Source: the human T2T-CHM13v2.0 reference genome, Homo sapiens. Taken from it: a stretch of 64,000 nt of DNA. Where the stretch lies: assembly GCF_009914755.1 (NCBI RefSeq), contig NC_060932.1; one strand, written 5' to 3'. A model generated the notes under the pieces. It was given only the letters and a program-made list of their open reading frames with translations, searched no databases and was not told the DNA's origin. A program made the position numbers and the translations under genes. Shown here in pieces: positions 13,789-26,840 of the stretch; the first letter of the stretch is position 1, and each line of letters begins with the position of its first letter.

Positions 13789-15213
13789 AAAATACACTCT
13801 GGGGCATAAAATGCTAATGTTTATAGTCTCCATTACATTTTCATGGAAGTGACAGTTGGATAGGTGTGGCCACAAACTTGTGCTTCAGAATTTCCTGTAT
13901 TTTGAAAAACCATGACTCCAATAATAGGTTAGTATTCTAACAACGTCCCTTGACATTTATTTCTAGATATTCCTGTCAGCTCCATCTTCTGTTTGTTTTT
14001 AAAAGATGCAACTACTGTTAAGAAACCACTTACCAAGCTATGATTTCTATGAATCATTTAAAGCCATTGGAAGCTGGACTCAAGGATATCAAATTCACTT
14101 TAGGTTTATGCAGCTCAAGGATAGTTTTTAAAAGGAATGACTTGTGTAGTTTTCCAGGATAATGAGAACTCATCATATTTTATGAAAACTGACATATTTA
14201 TTACTCTTTCATACTCATTAATTATTATGTAAAGTCTTCTGACATGAAAAATCTAGTCATTAATTTTTCCTTGCTTGAATTTTGAGATATATAATTAATT
14301 TTTATTTCCTTGGGCTATGCAAGTTTAAGTAATTATTTTGGGAGAATATTTTTGGTGAGAGAATCTTATAGAACTTCACAATATCCATTTATGATTTTAT
14401 TTACATTTAATTTCCTAAAAATGTATGAATTTTAACTTCACAGATTTCCTATTGAATATAGTAAATTAAAGATTCACAGAAAATCAATAACTTGTTAGCA
14501 AACAATGAGCATAATTCATCCTTTTATCATTTTTCAACGTCTGTTTTAAACTGTTTTATGTAAAATATTTCTATTTCCCTGTGACTCTGTTTTCCTGTCT
14601 ACTGCTGTCCTTGTCTGGTACAAGAACAGAAAATTTCTTGTACCCTGTTCCACTGAAAAGTTATTTTTGCTATAATTATTCCTAATACATATGTAATATG
14701 CTAGGCAGATACGTAATATTATTATATATCTAGATGACATGTATTCAGCTAGTTTTTTTTCAATTCATATATCTTTATAGATGGAGAACTTTAAAAAATA
14801 CAGAATCACACAAAGTTGTAGAAACTATGACATCAGGTACTGTTAAGGTCATCGATCGCACTTCTGTACTAAATAAGAAAAATGCATTGGATAATGGTTT
14901 CTTTCCATATTGTGTTTGTGTGTGTATGTACGTGTGAATAATTGATGTGTACAGCTTCTCACTCACACAAAAGTATTGAATGAAATATCCTTTATTTTAG
15001 AAAGGAAAGTACCAATGATTTTGATACATTTTGAAGGTCAGCAATGTTCAGCGTAGAGCAATATGTGGAGAACAATAGCTCCTTAGAGAGTGGAAAACAT
15101 GGTACTCTCATTATCCATAATCTCAGCTGGTCACCATAGTAACAGCATTTTATTTTCCAAGATGTAAGCCTTTATAGTTCTGGAGAATTCACTTCCTAGG
15201 CCTCCAGACACTT

Positions 15214-15232
15214 CAGCGGCATCTAGTGGCTG
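15214..15232 (-). promoter_or_regulatory. Putative CTCF-binding site
   Basis: Minus strand reads CAGCCACTAGATGCCGCTG; one mismatch to CCASYAGRKGGCRS; local CpG retention. Confidence 0.4.
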
Positions 15233-15917
15233 AGATTTCAGCTGAATTTTTTGCGCTTTACCGCCTGCTACATTATGTTGAAAAATTGATGTCATGCACA
15301 TGTGGCTAACTATGCCTATATTTCTCACTCATCATGATGGGCGACTATAATTTTTCAAAGAAATATTTGTGGGTTTCAGTCCAATAAAAGGGTAAAAATG
15401 TAAGTACAAAAAGTAATTTTATTAGTAGTCCTATTAGAAAGAATTTTTCAGGGGAACTGGGGAGTGGTAAGAGGCATTGTGTATTTTCTGAATATAGAAG
15501 GACTTTGGAAAGTTGCAGTTTCCAGAGATGATTAAATGTTTGCTCAGAGAACTATTTACAACTATATAGAACTATTTTCTGGAATGTCTAGGGGAAGGAT
15601 GTGTTAAAGATTCAACAATTTCACCAGTGAATTCTGACAGTAATTAAATCGTATTTACCCATTTTCACTTTCTGATTCACGTATCTGCCCTTTACTATGC
15701 AACCTTTAGAAATTAATGAGTGGAAGAGTGGCTATTATATATTTCATATACTAACTGGAGTCTAACTGAACTTGATTGAAACAGGGCAATTCAGAGCCCC
15801 TGTTTTACCCTCAGGGAGGTAGTATGGGATGTTTGAAAAGACAAACACTAGAATGATACCCAGGTATAGTCTTGCTTCCACCATTTCATAGGTATTTATG
15901 CTGGAGCAAAATCTACA

Positions 15918-16240
15918 GCAGTTGTTCTCAATCCTGGCTAAAAAATCAGTACCCTGACTCTTCTCCGGACTAATTGAGTCAGAATCATTGGAAGTGGAGT
16001 CTGACCATAACTTGAAAAAAAAAATCTGAGCAACCACACATTGGAATTTCTTGATGTGCTTTTTAACTAGTCACTTTTCTAACTACACCTTACTCCTCAC
16101 AGTGTGGACCACTGATCACCAGCATCACTTGGCAGCTTGTTATAAATTAATACACATTTAAGTTTGTGAAGCAATGAAAACCCATAGTTTCCAATTCAGA
16201 ATGTCTGGGTGAACCTAGGAATTTATGTTTTTTGAAAACT
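15918..16240. mobile_element. MER5-family (hAT-Charlie) fragments
   Basis: cagttgttctcaatcctggct, ctaattgagtcagaatc, cagtgtggacc...cagcatcacttgg, caattcagaatgtctggg. Confidence 0.6.
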
Positions 16241-16254
16241 TAGGTGTTTCTGTG

Positions 16255-16440
16255 TGTGCTTAGTTTCCTGTTATAGCTGACACTGTTACCTAAAAGTTAC
16301 CTGGGAGGATTAAATGAGGACACAGGTAAAGTACTCTGTGAGTTCCATGTTCTATATAAATATTGTTACTCATTTATTCACTAAGTCAACCAATATTTAT
16401 TGAGTACCTACTGTATCTCAAGTGCTATAACAGGGAAACA
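16255..16440. mobile_element. MIR fragment (+) abutting an L2 3' end (-)
   Basis: gtgcttagtttcc...gaggattaaatgag, then cattta...caaccaatatttattgagtacctactgt. Confidence 0.65.
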
Positions 16441-16739
16441 TAAAAGAGGAAATTTGGATGACACCCAGGGCTAAAATCAGTCTTGGAAATAGGTACTTCT
16501 TAGTTTATAAGTGTTTTTTTCTAACATTTTTTACATTCTTATCTTATACATATCAGATAAATTTTAACATAAATGAACAATATGATTTCATCATAAATTA
16601 ACAATATCATTTCTTTGATATTGTTAATTCCTAAAGTATGAGATGAATGCATATCATGTGTCCAAATCGGTATTTATCTTAGTGGAAATTTTTCTTAAAA
16701 GATACAACATATTCTTTACCTTTAGAAATGTATATATTA

Positions 16740-17908
16740 ATGTAGAAGATTGTAACTGGACCCCTTCCTTACAGCATATACAAAACTTAAGATGGATTAA
16801 AGACTTAAATGTAAACCCTAAAACTGTAAAAAACCCTGGAAGATAACCCAGGAAATACAATTCTGGACATAGGACCTGGCAAAGATGGCAGGATGAAAAT
16901 TGCATCACAACCAAAAATTGGCAAATGGGACCTAATTAAACTAAAGAGCTTCTGCACATCAAAAGAAACTACCAACAGAGTAACTTATAGAACTATCAAC
17001 AGACAACTTACAGAATTGGAGAAAATATTTGCAAACTATGCATTAGACAAAGGTCTAATATGCAGCATCTACTAGGAACTTAAACAAATTTACAAGCAAA
17101 AACAACCCCATTAAAAAATGGGCAAAGACATGAACAGACACTTTTCAAAAGAAGACATGTTGTGCAGCCAACAAGCATGTAAAAATATGCTCATCATCAC
17201 TAATCAGAGAAATGCAAATCAAAACCACAGTGATACACCATCTCACACCAATCAGAATGGCTATTATTAAAAATTAAAAAAGTAACAGCTGCTGGCAAGG
17301 TTGTGGAGAAAAGGCAACACTTATACACCACTGATAAGAATGTAAATTCGTTCAGCCACTGTGGAAAGCAGTTTGGAGATTTCTCAAAGAGCTTGAAACA
17401 GAATTACCATTTAACCCAGAAATCCCAACAACAATGGGTAATTCTGTATACTCACTGCAGTATTATTCAAATTAGCAAAGACATGGAATCAACCTAAATG
17501 CTCATCAACAGTGCATTTGATAAAGAAAATATGGTACATATACTCCATAGAATATCATGTGGCTGTAAAAAAGAATGAGATCAGGTCCTTTACAGCAAAA
17601 TGGATGGAACTGGAGGCCATTATCCTAAGCATACTAACACAGAAACAGAAAACCAAATACCGCATGTTCTCACTTATAAGTGTGAGCTAAACATTGAGTA
17701 CATATAGACACAAAGCTGGGAACAAAAGACACCAGAGCCTACTTGAGTGTGGAGGGTGGAAAGAGAGTGGGAATAAAAAAAACTACCAATTTTGTACTAT
17801 ACTTATTATCTTGGTGACAAAGTAATTTTTACACCAAACCCTCTGACATGCAATTTGCCTGTACAATAAACCTACACATGTACCCTTGAATCTAAAATAA
17901 AAAACAGA
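16740..17908 (+). mobile_element. 5'-truncated L1 (L1PA15/16-like) with intact TSD
   Basis: ORF2 C-terminal remnant ([12 protein letters not shown]) plus 3' UTR; perfect 16-bp TSD agaaatgtatatatta at 16724-16739 and 17909-17924. Confidence 0.95.
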
Positions 17909-18034
17909 AGAAATGTATATATTAGATGAGTAAAGCATATAAATAAAGTAATTAATGAACAATACCAGAATAAAATTGTCAAGATGAACGAATTATAAAC
18001 TTTTTAGTGATGCTATACATGTTTGAAGAAAATT

Positions 18035-18430
18035 GTATTGGATCAGGTTTCGGAAAACAGACTCTGATATGGAGAATTGTGTGCAGGAAATGTATTAGGA
18101 AGCTGTCTTGGAATGACACCTGCAAGAGAATGAGAAGAACAAGACTGGGTAAAAAGAGAGATCTAAAAGAGAAGTATTTGTACCAGATAACATTTCATCC
18201 AGGGAACTCTGAAACTGGAATGATTATTCAAAGATGTCCAGGAGGACAGGCATTTGTAACCCTGTATCAGCAAGCCATTGGATGTGAATTTCTTCCAGGC
18301 GGAGGTGTAAACTTGGGTGAAGCAGCTCTCTTTGGCTGTGGGCAATTTTCAGAGACGGACTCAACTAAGGCACCAGGAGCAATGCTCACAGCCACTAAGT
18401 GGATGAGTTCTGAAGGGTAGAACCTGAAGA
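18035..18430 (-). mobile_element. ERVL LTR (LTR16A-like)
   Basis: aaacagactctgatatggaga...gtgcaggaaatgtattagg...gggaactctgaaactgg...agccattggatg is antisense to recalled LTR16A. Confidence 0.7.
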
Positions 18431-18588
18431 GTGAATTACCTTTATTACAAAAGCACCCATCTGTTTATATACACTTATTGGATCCCCTCAGCCTCATTTT
18501 CTTACCCAGATCCATTCTATATTTCAATGCTTTACTTTTGCCACTCCGAAAAAAGTCTTTGCCTTAGCTAAACTGGCCAGCTATTATA

Positions 18589-18898
18589 GGCCAGGCAGAG
18601 TGGCTGATGCCTGTAATCCCAGAATTTGGGGAAGCCCAGGTGGAAGGACTGCTTGAGATCAGAAGTTCAAGACAAGCCTGGGCAACATAGTGAAACCTCA
18701 AGTCTACAGAAAAAAAAAAAATTAGCTGGGCATGGTGGTGTGCACTTGCAGTCTCAGCTACTTGGGAGGTTAAGGTAGGAGGATTGCTTGAACCTGGGAG
18801 GGTGAGGCTGCAGTGAACCAAGATCATGCCGCCGCACTCCAGCCTGGACAATAGAGCGAGACCCTGTTGCAGAAAATTATACAAATAAAAATAATTTT
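18589..18898 (+). mobile_element. AluJ
   Basis: Full sense Alu with AluJ diagnostics (ggattgcttga, gaggctgcagtga); degenerate TSD aaactggccagcta / aaattggcaagcta. Confidence 0.93.
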
Positions 18899-19074
18899 AA
18901 AATTGGCAAGCTAAGCTCTTCCTCGAACATGTCTCAGATTTTCTCATGCTATGCTTTCGTTTTCTTCTGACTACTTGCCTGAAATTCTCTGGCTCCTTTT
19001 TCTCTAACTTTCTTGGCCTGCTAGTTAGGTTAACAACTGATTTAGGTACTAACTTTCCAACGAAAATGTCCAAG

Positions 19075-19230
19075 ATGGGGATTCTCCGATTTGAATGTGC
19101 ATGTAAATCACAAGACCTGGACATCTGCTAAAATGCATATTCTGATTCAGCAGGGCTAGGGTGGGGCCTGAGATTCTGCACTTCTAACAAGGTATGACCA
19201 TATTGGTGCAGGTCACTGAAGAACTACCTT
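19075..19230. mobile_element. MER5-family fragment
   Basis: aaaatgcatattctgattcagcagggctagggtggggcctgagattctgcacttctaacaag. Confidence 0.8.
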
Positions 19231-22200
19231 GCTTGTATTTTAGTAGTAGCGGTTTTATCTATAGCATCATTTACTGCATGTAACTTGTTTGTTTGTAGAG
19301 TATTATTATTTTGTGTTACTAGAAATTAATCCTCTAATGAAATTTCAGGCTTTTTTACATTATAGTAATTGTGTTTGATATTTTTCTACATTTCTCATAG
19401 CACTTAACATAGTGATAATATGGATTAAGAACTCTGTAGATATCTGTTGATTGATTTTATAAGAAAGTGCTACCATGTAGTTTGATTTTTCAAATTGATC
19501 ATGTGAGTTTTCAGGTTTCGCATTGTTATGCCTGCTGAATGAGAACTGCTTTTAGTCATGAAGTTTTCTGAGTGCCAGCGGAACTGTCCTGGTTCTGCTC
19601 CCCATCCATCTCAAATAGCAAAATGTGCTACATCCCCACTGAAGATTTTTTAAAAATACTTCTTTGGCTATCTTCTTGAACTAAATACACATCACATTAG
19701 TCCAAGGAACAGGTGTCATATCTCTACTAATGTTCAAGGGCACAGAAAATAAAAATAATTTTAACTAAAGACATAAGAAAAGTAGAATACATTTTTTCCC
19801 TTAATTTCCCACAATAAAAACCTCACTTCTACATTTTCTCCAGTTTTCAAGAAACAGTGACATAGGAAATCTAATGATACCTGTCAATGACCCTTTTCTC
19901 TTTTTGGGGGCTGAGAAACTGGCTCATTATTGCTGAAGAACATCAACAGTTTATATTCTATTTCCAGGTAATACTTGACACCAACATTTGATTGATAGCT
20001 ATAACAAAATGTTTATTCCAATTTTCTTACTCTGGTTAATTCCACCTCCCCATTTAGGTCCCTATTTGCCATCCATATACTTTTATTATTCTGTTGCTTT
20101 ACTCTTGGTAAAAATGTAGACTAGAAGATGTAGCTCTTTTCCTGACTGATTTTAAATAAATTAATTAGAATGGGTACTTGCATAATCTAGAAACCTTATG
20201 TGTTAGGGATAAGCAAGTTAAACACCTCATTAGATGATTGTAAGTTGTGAATTTGTTGCTGAACCTGTGTCCATTAATGATGCAGTGAATTACAATTGAC
20301 TGACTTGGGCTATTGTCCAGGTAGATGTTTTTGCTTTTGTGATCATTATAATTTTATATGTATTGGTATAGAGTTATTGGTATTCAAACTACAAAAGAAT
20401 TCAAATGATGCTTTTCAGTATGCTTCAAATTCTCTGGGAAGCCAGGAGAGTTAATACTAAATATTTGATAAGGTACAATAATTTGAAAGAACTTTAATAA
20501 GCCCTTTTACTCAAAGACTACAGAATTGTGATGAGTATTGCTTGTTACTGGTTGACAGCATGTGTATACTCAGGAATTGGTTATTTTCTTGGAAACTCAG
20601 GCACAAGCATAGTTGTGCATATTGATGTTATACAAATCAAATATGTTAAAAGAGACTAGGTTAGCAGAGTCTCAATATTAAAAGGCTATGGTTGACTCTT
20701 TCTCTTGATCTTAATTTCTGTATCTCTTTATAATTGATTAATGTTCATTGGTATAGTAAGTATGAATAATTTATGATTCACATAGCTGCTGGGTTATTAA
20801 TTGTTTAATTTCAGAGAAAGTAGCTATATATTAAAGAAATTCAAGTTGTCACTCATAGCAGCCAATTGAATTTATACACTTTGTTACTGCATAGTCCAGA
20901 AGTAGTGAGAGTATATCAGACATATACTCTGTGTTTCCTACAGTGCTTAAAAAGAAGAATATTAATGAGATGTTGAAGACATTTTTATAAGTAAAAATGG
21001 AGTAACTGATTTGGAATGGCTGAGGACTGTTTACTCTGGGTTGCCTCCCCACCTCCAGCCCCCTTTCTGCATTTTCTTCTGCCTCAGTGATTCCATGTAA
21101 TGTGCCAACCATAAAATGAAGTTAATTGAATGAACAATACTCTTTAGAAGGAAACATAATTAAATATGAAAAAAAGTTGTAATTAACCTTATATACATGA
21201 TAATCTCTTTAGAGTTTTGGCAAATGATTTTTAATTCTGAGACATTAAAATAAAAGACAATTTTATTAAAATTAAAGACAGTGATAAATTTGCTTCTTTT
21301 AGCAACATGCATGGGAAAACATTACTGTCTTAGAAAAAGACATATTGTTCTTATCATAATTGGTAATAATTTTATTGTTCTTTACATTTATTGCTGAAAC
21401 CAAAAGCTGATATAAACTATTTAAAATAAATGTTGACTGTCTACTCTTGTTTGGTAGAATAGTTTTAAATAAATTTAAAAATCATAGTTTTAATTAGCTA
21501 TCATCAAAACAATTTGCAATGAAGAATTTTAAAATTTGAACAATAGAAACTTGAAACCTTTACCTTTCTGAAACATAAGTTTTAATGTTATATAGTCAAA
21601 GAACAGATTTTGAGAAATGATCCATGAGACTGATTTTGTGCATTTTAAAATATTTTGGCTCTGTGAAAAAAGTTTCACAGCAGGGAATAGGTAGGTAATA
21701 TATTTCCTAAAGGTGAAGTGTGTTTTGGTATGAGAGAAACAGGATGATTTTAATGATTTATCCTCCTCCCCATCTTTTTCATCCATTTAGTCTGAACCGT
21801 TCCCCATCTCTGATGAGCTGCTTTAGAGCTCTCAATGCTAAGCCATCGAAGGGAGCCTAAGCTTAATGTTGGCACTTTGGTAAATATTGCTATTTTCATG
21901 TGTCCTTTCTTTAAAGAACTGGGAAGAAAGAGGATCAGAAAATGCTATATAATCTTAGAAAATGAAAGAAGAAAAGAACAAAATAGCATGGGTATGTTGA
22001 GAAAGGAGGGATGAATGGCATTTTAGTTACCTTGTTTGTATCTTGCTTTTCCTAGTAGACTGGATGCTCCTTAAGGGCATGATGGCCCACATTTAATTTT
22101 ACTTTATATATTTTTTATGTGAATAAAATAGAGTTGTGGGCTGACATTTCCTTAGATCTTCACAGTGCTATACCTAACATGTCCTTCGCCCAATGTTAGA

Positions 22201-22479
22201 CTTCCTGCCTCTTACTCTGCTTTCTTATATTACTCAATATTCTTAAATTTATGCATGCCACGTGTCCTCCTATACACATTAATTTAAAAATTAAGGTATT
22301 CTTGTTACTCTTTTGCTCAAGGCTACACTTTGCATTGGTGCAATTGATTGCTCCATCATTTCTTTTCTTTCTTATTTTCAGGACATTTTCCTCTCTTGTG
22401 GCTACTTCTTAGCTTAGTAAGGAGCTCATGGTTCAGTCACAATGACAGAATCAAGTGAAAAAAAAAAACAACAAACTTT

Positions 22480-22810
22480 ACTTTGAGCACGCATCCAACC
22501 TCAACTATCTCTTCTCATCCTGGATCATCTAAGCCACTGAGGAAAGTCATTACTTACTACTCTGTCTCTGTTTTCCTTTTTCTCATTCATTTCTCAATGT
22601 TCTGCAGTCTGATGTTAGCTTCCCTGGTGCTCTGGAAAAGATCTCCCTTGACCTCTAGATGACTAAATCCAGTGAATATTTTTTGAGCCCTGTCTTTCTG
22701 GACCTGTCTGCCACTTGGCATTTTGATTCACTTTTTAATTAGACATAATTTTAAATTATAAGTAAGGCTCAAACAAATTGCTACTACTGCTGTCCTCCTT
22801 CTCGTCTTCA
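22480..22810 (+). mobile_element. L2 fragment
   Basis: ctgcagtctg...ttgacctct...ctaaatccagtgaata...gacctgtctgccac resembles L2 ORF2 sense. Confidence 0.55.
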
Positions 22811-22829
22811 GGCAATGGTGTATTTTGTT

Positions 22830-25070
22830 GGGTTGTTCTGAATTTCTCTTTTGTGAATTGTCTGTATACATGTTTTGTCCATTTTCTTATTGATTTGCTT
22901 TATATGTAGAATATATTTCAGATTTAAACCTGTTCTTACTGGTATGAATTGCAAATGCCTTCTTTCAGGTATGTACGTATGGAGCTTTCTCCTAAAGAAT
23001 TGGCACAGATTTTGTTGAACTATGCTATTTCTTTTTTTTTTTCTCATTTTATTAATTTTTGTCCATTTCGTTGATTTTATTTCTTTTTTCTTTTCTTTTT
23101 TTTTTTTTTTTTTTTTTTGAGAGTGCAGTGGCACAATCTCGGTGCAGTCTCGGCTCACTGCAACCTCTGCCTCCTGGGTTCAAGTGATTCTTCTGTCTCA
23201 GCCTCCTGAGTAGCTGGGATTACAGGTGCCCGCCATCATGCCCAGCTAATTTTTGTATTTTTAGTAGAGATGGGGTTTCACCATGTTGGTCAGGCTGGTC
23301 TCTTACTTCTGACCTTAGGTCATCCACCTGCCTTAGCTTCCCAAAGTGCTGGAATTACAGGCATGAGCCACTGCACTTGGCCTGATTTGATTTCTTTTAC
23401 TTTCTAAGACTTTTTTTTAAACTGTTGAAATTTGGATACTTAGTTGATTGATTTTTGGTCTTTTTTCCTTTCTGAATTTCTTTTCTAATATTATTGTTTA
23501 AAGGTGTATATTTTCCTCTAAATAACACTTGAGCTTTCCCAAAAGTTTCAACAAATAGTATTTTTGTCATTTCAAAGGTTTGTAGTTTTAAATATTTATT
23601 ATTATTTCTTTCTTGAATGATGTGCTATTTAGAAATATCTTTGTGAATTTACAAATGTTTGTTTTGGTTTGCTTTTTTTCCCTTTTGATTTCAATGTAAT
23701 TTTATTATATACAGAGACACGATGTGTATCATATTTCTGTGAAACATGACGCTTTCCCATGACTCTATGGAATTTTATGGTGAGGCTGTTTGGTGTAGTA
23801 TGTGATCAATATTTAGAAATGTATCATATGTAAATGCAAGAAAAAGTATTGATTAATTGTTGGGTATTGAGTACTACTCAGGTCCATTGGAGTGAGCTTA
23901 ATTATCTTATTCAAAATTTTTAAATTTTTACTAATTTATTGCCTTCTTGTTTTTTGATTATTGAGAAAATTTTCTTAAAAATTTTCTATCTTGAGTGTGA
24001 AATTTTCCTTTCCTATAATTTTTAATTTATTCTAATTTTAAGGTTATGAATTTGCTACTTTTTATTATCGTTAATTGCCACCAAGTAGACTGAAAATATC
24101 ATTTTCTCCTTGCTACCTGTCTACTGACTTAAAAGTGAAATATTATTGACATTTTTTATTGACTATGCATGAAATTTTAACATAAATACCTGTATTAAAA
24201 GTCTGCTAACAATATAATTTTCATGTTTGCATTTCTAAAATTACATGTATTTTGTTCTCACTTTTGGATGATAGATTGGATATTGACGTTTGCCTTGAGG
24301 TTTATCTCAGCACATCAAAGATATAATTCTGTTGATTTTTGATTTTTATTGCTGCTTACTGGCAGTCTTATTTGTAAATCATGCAAAAGTGAGAACAAAA
24401 TACATTCACATGCTCCTTCATAGGTAACGTGTTTTCTCTATGATTTCTTTTGAGATTTTTTTTTCTTTTTATTCTTTGTTTTACAGTTTTACTGCAATAG
24501 GTCTCAATGTGGGTTTATTTATTTAGCTTAAAGGAAAGTTGTGCTTTTTTTCAACTATTCATAAAATTTTAAGGTTTTATTTAATATGCATCTTTCCATT
24601 TTCTCTATTCTTTTATAGTAAAAATCCTATTAAATGTGTATTGGAACCATAGTTTGATTTTCCATGCCTCTTAGCTTCACTACCATTTTTTAAAAAAACT
24701 TATTTCTTTTCCTGTCTTGTTGCATTCCAAGTAATTTTCTGATTTATTTTTCAGTTAACTTTCTTTTTAGCTCCATCTATGTAGGCTGTTTTACCTACTG
24801 ACCAATATTTTTTATTAAAATTACTCCATATTTCAGTTCTTAAAAATTAGAACCATTGTATTTCACTTTTTTTAATGTTTGCTTTTAAAACATGGAATCA
24901 TGTAGCACTTCCTCTTTATGCTTTAATCACTTTAAATCTTTTTCACTTTATACAACCCCTATGATAATTATTAACTTTTCTGTAATTTCTAGAGCCCAAC
25001 TTGCTGTCTTTTGCATTTGATAACTATTGGTCATATTGAGTGTTTCTTATGGTGTTTTGCTATTTTACCT
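22830..25070 (-). mobile_element. Ancient L1M(E) fragments interrupted by an Alu
   Basis: Long T-rich antisense L1-like sequence (ttttcctctaaataacactt, gtgatcaatatttagaaatgt, ttgttgggtattgag); boundaries approximate. Confidence 0.6.
23088..23382 (-). mobile_element. AluSx-like with a deletion next to the tail
   Basis: Antisense Alu; TSD tgattt(t/g)atttctttt at 23072-23087 and 23383-23398. Confidence 0.93.
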
Positions 25071-25608
25071 TGCTTGTCTTCAAGGCTTGTTGTGTGGTTA
25101 TCCCGAGAGTTTATTTTGTTTCTGTCACACGTCTCAGAAATATCAATAGCTTGTGTGACAGCTCTCATGCCATGCCATTTATGTGAATTTGAACCCCAAA
25201 ATAATCTAAGGAGCAAGCCCATGATGAGTATTATTAGAATCAAGGTTCTTGTTATATTCCTGTGCTTCTAAGCAGTTGTTTTTTTCCCACATTACTCCTT
25301 CAATGAGAATATGTTATGCTCAGGGTATACATTTAATTTAGTCCAACTCTTTATATCTACCAATTTCTACATTTTCTTTCCTTTCACTATGTGGTCACTA
25401 TATCCAAATGCCAAAATGATACTAACAACTTTCATGCTCATGTAACCCAAGACAGGGATAGTAGGAAGCTGTACAGTAAATGGTCTGGTTTTTATTTCAC
25501 AATTTTACCTAGAAGTCTCACTCTTTACTTCCATAGTATCATGGAAAAAAATGGTTGCTGTTTGTTATTCTCTGAATGATTGTTGATTGAAATGAGCATA
25601 AGTTATTG

Positions 25609-25698
25609 TAGGCCTAGGATGGAATCAGGCCTAGTAGAGTAGAGGCTCAGGCTTGGTATAGGATTAGGCCTAGTACAGGATCAGGCCTAGTATAGGAT
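25609..25698. repeat. Short degenerate tandem repeat (~17-bp unit)
   Basis: About 5 copies resembling ggatcaggcctagtata. Confidence 0.7.
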
Positions 25699-25849
25699 GA
25701 GCAAATGCAGGCACAGAAGTCATGGTACAAACTGCTGAAGAAACACTGACTGTGAAACAGATCCAAAAAATTCCTTACTTGAAAAAATTCCAAGATGGAA
25801 TTTATCTTTTAGCCACATGTCCCTTGGCATTACATTTATACATTGGTAA

Positions 25850-26443
25850 TGTAGTGCTGAATAATTGTTCCCAAAGATGTAAAATTCTAATCCCTGAAAC
25901 CTTTAAATATTCTTATTTGGAAAAAAGGTCTTTGTAGCTGTGATTAAATTAAGAATGTTGAGATGGGAAGATTATCCTGAATTATCAGATGTGCCCTAAA
26001 TGCAATCACAAGTGACCTTGTAAGAGAGAGACAGAGGGAGAGCTGACACAGGCAGAAGAGAAGACACACACACACAGAGGAGGAGTTATGTGAAGATGGA
26101 GCATAGAAAGATTGACACAGGCAGAAGAGAAGACACACACACACACACAGAGGAGGAGGTGATGTGAAGATGGAGCATAGAAAGATTGGAAGATGCTGAC
26201 CTTGGAGATTAGAGTGACACAGCCACAAATCAAGGAATGCTTGCAGCCACCAGAAGCTGGAAGAGGCAGGAAATGGAATCTCCTCTAGAACTTCTGGAGG
26301 GAGCATAGCCCTGGCAACACCTTGGTTTCTCCTCAGTGATGCTGGCTTTGGGTTTCTGGCCTCCAGAACTGTGAGAGAGTACATTTGTTTTATGTCACCA
26401 AATATGTGGCAATAAGATACAGTAAATTTAAGAGACTAATGCA
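25850..26443 (+). mobile_element. MLT1 LTR (MLT1C/D-like) with an internal tandem duplication
   Basis: gagatgggaagattatcctg, ccctaaatgcaatcacaag, agccaccagaagctggaagaggca, ggcctccagaactgtgagag. Confidence 0.9.
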
Positions 26444-26589
26444 GATATTTAACAGGCCTGCTTATCTTCAAAATTAGATATTGGAGCAGAGAACTAACCC
26501 TAATCATCTTATGCCTGCTCTAAATGTCTTTAGATGTGGTCTTACAATTCAAAGCACATACAGGTTAAGGTAGGTGCTCTATCATGATA

Positions 26590-26840
26590 TGAAGGGTAAA
26601 AGCTCTGGATTTAGGATACCTGGATTTAAATCCTACCCCTTATGAGTTTTATCACTTTGGGCAAGTTACTTAACCTCTTCTAAGCATCTTCATCTACAAA
26701 ATAAGGATAACAACAGTTATAACTTTGCAATACAACAACAGTTGCAACAACGCCTCTCATAGGAGGTGTTACAAAGATTAAAGTAGAGATAGTTCATATA
26801 ATCTGAGCACATAAACAATACTCAGAAAATGTTAGCTAAC
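26590..26840 (+). mobile_element. MIR
   Basis: cctggatttaaatcc...actttgggcaagttacttaacctct...catctacaaaataaggataac. Confidence 0.8.

Noticed and set aside
18007-18420. 137-aa ORF
   Set aside because: Coincides with an antisense LTR16-like element
21740-21860. Possible C/D snoRNA (tgatga/ctga) or minus-strand exon APFDGLALRALKQLIRDGERFRLNG*
   Set aside because: Boxes are not in canonical order with a terminal stem; the acceptor is weak and the peptide is unrecognised
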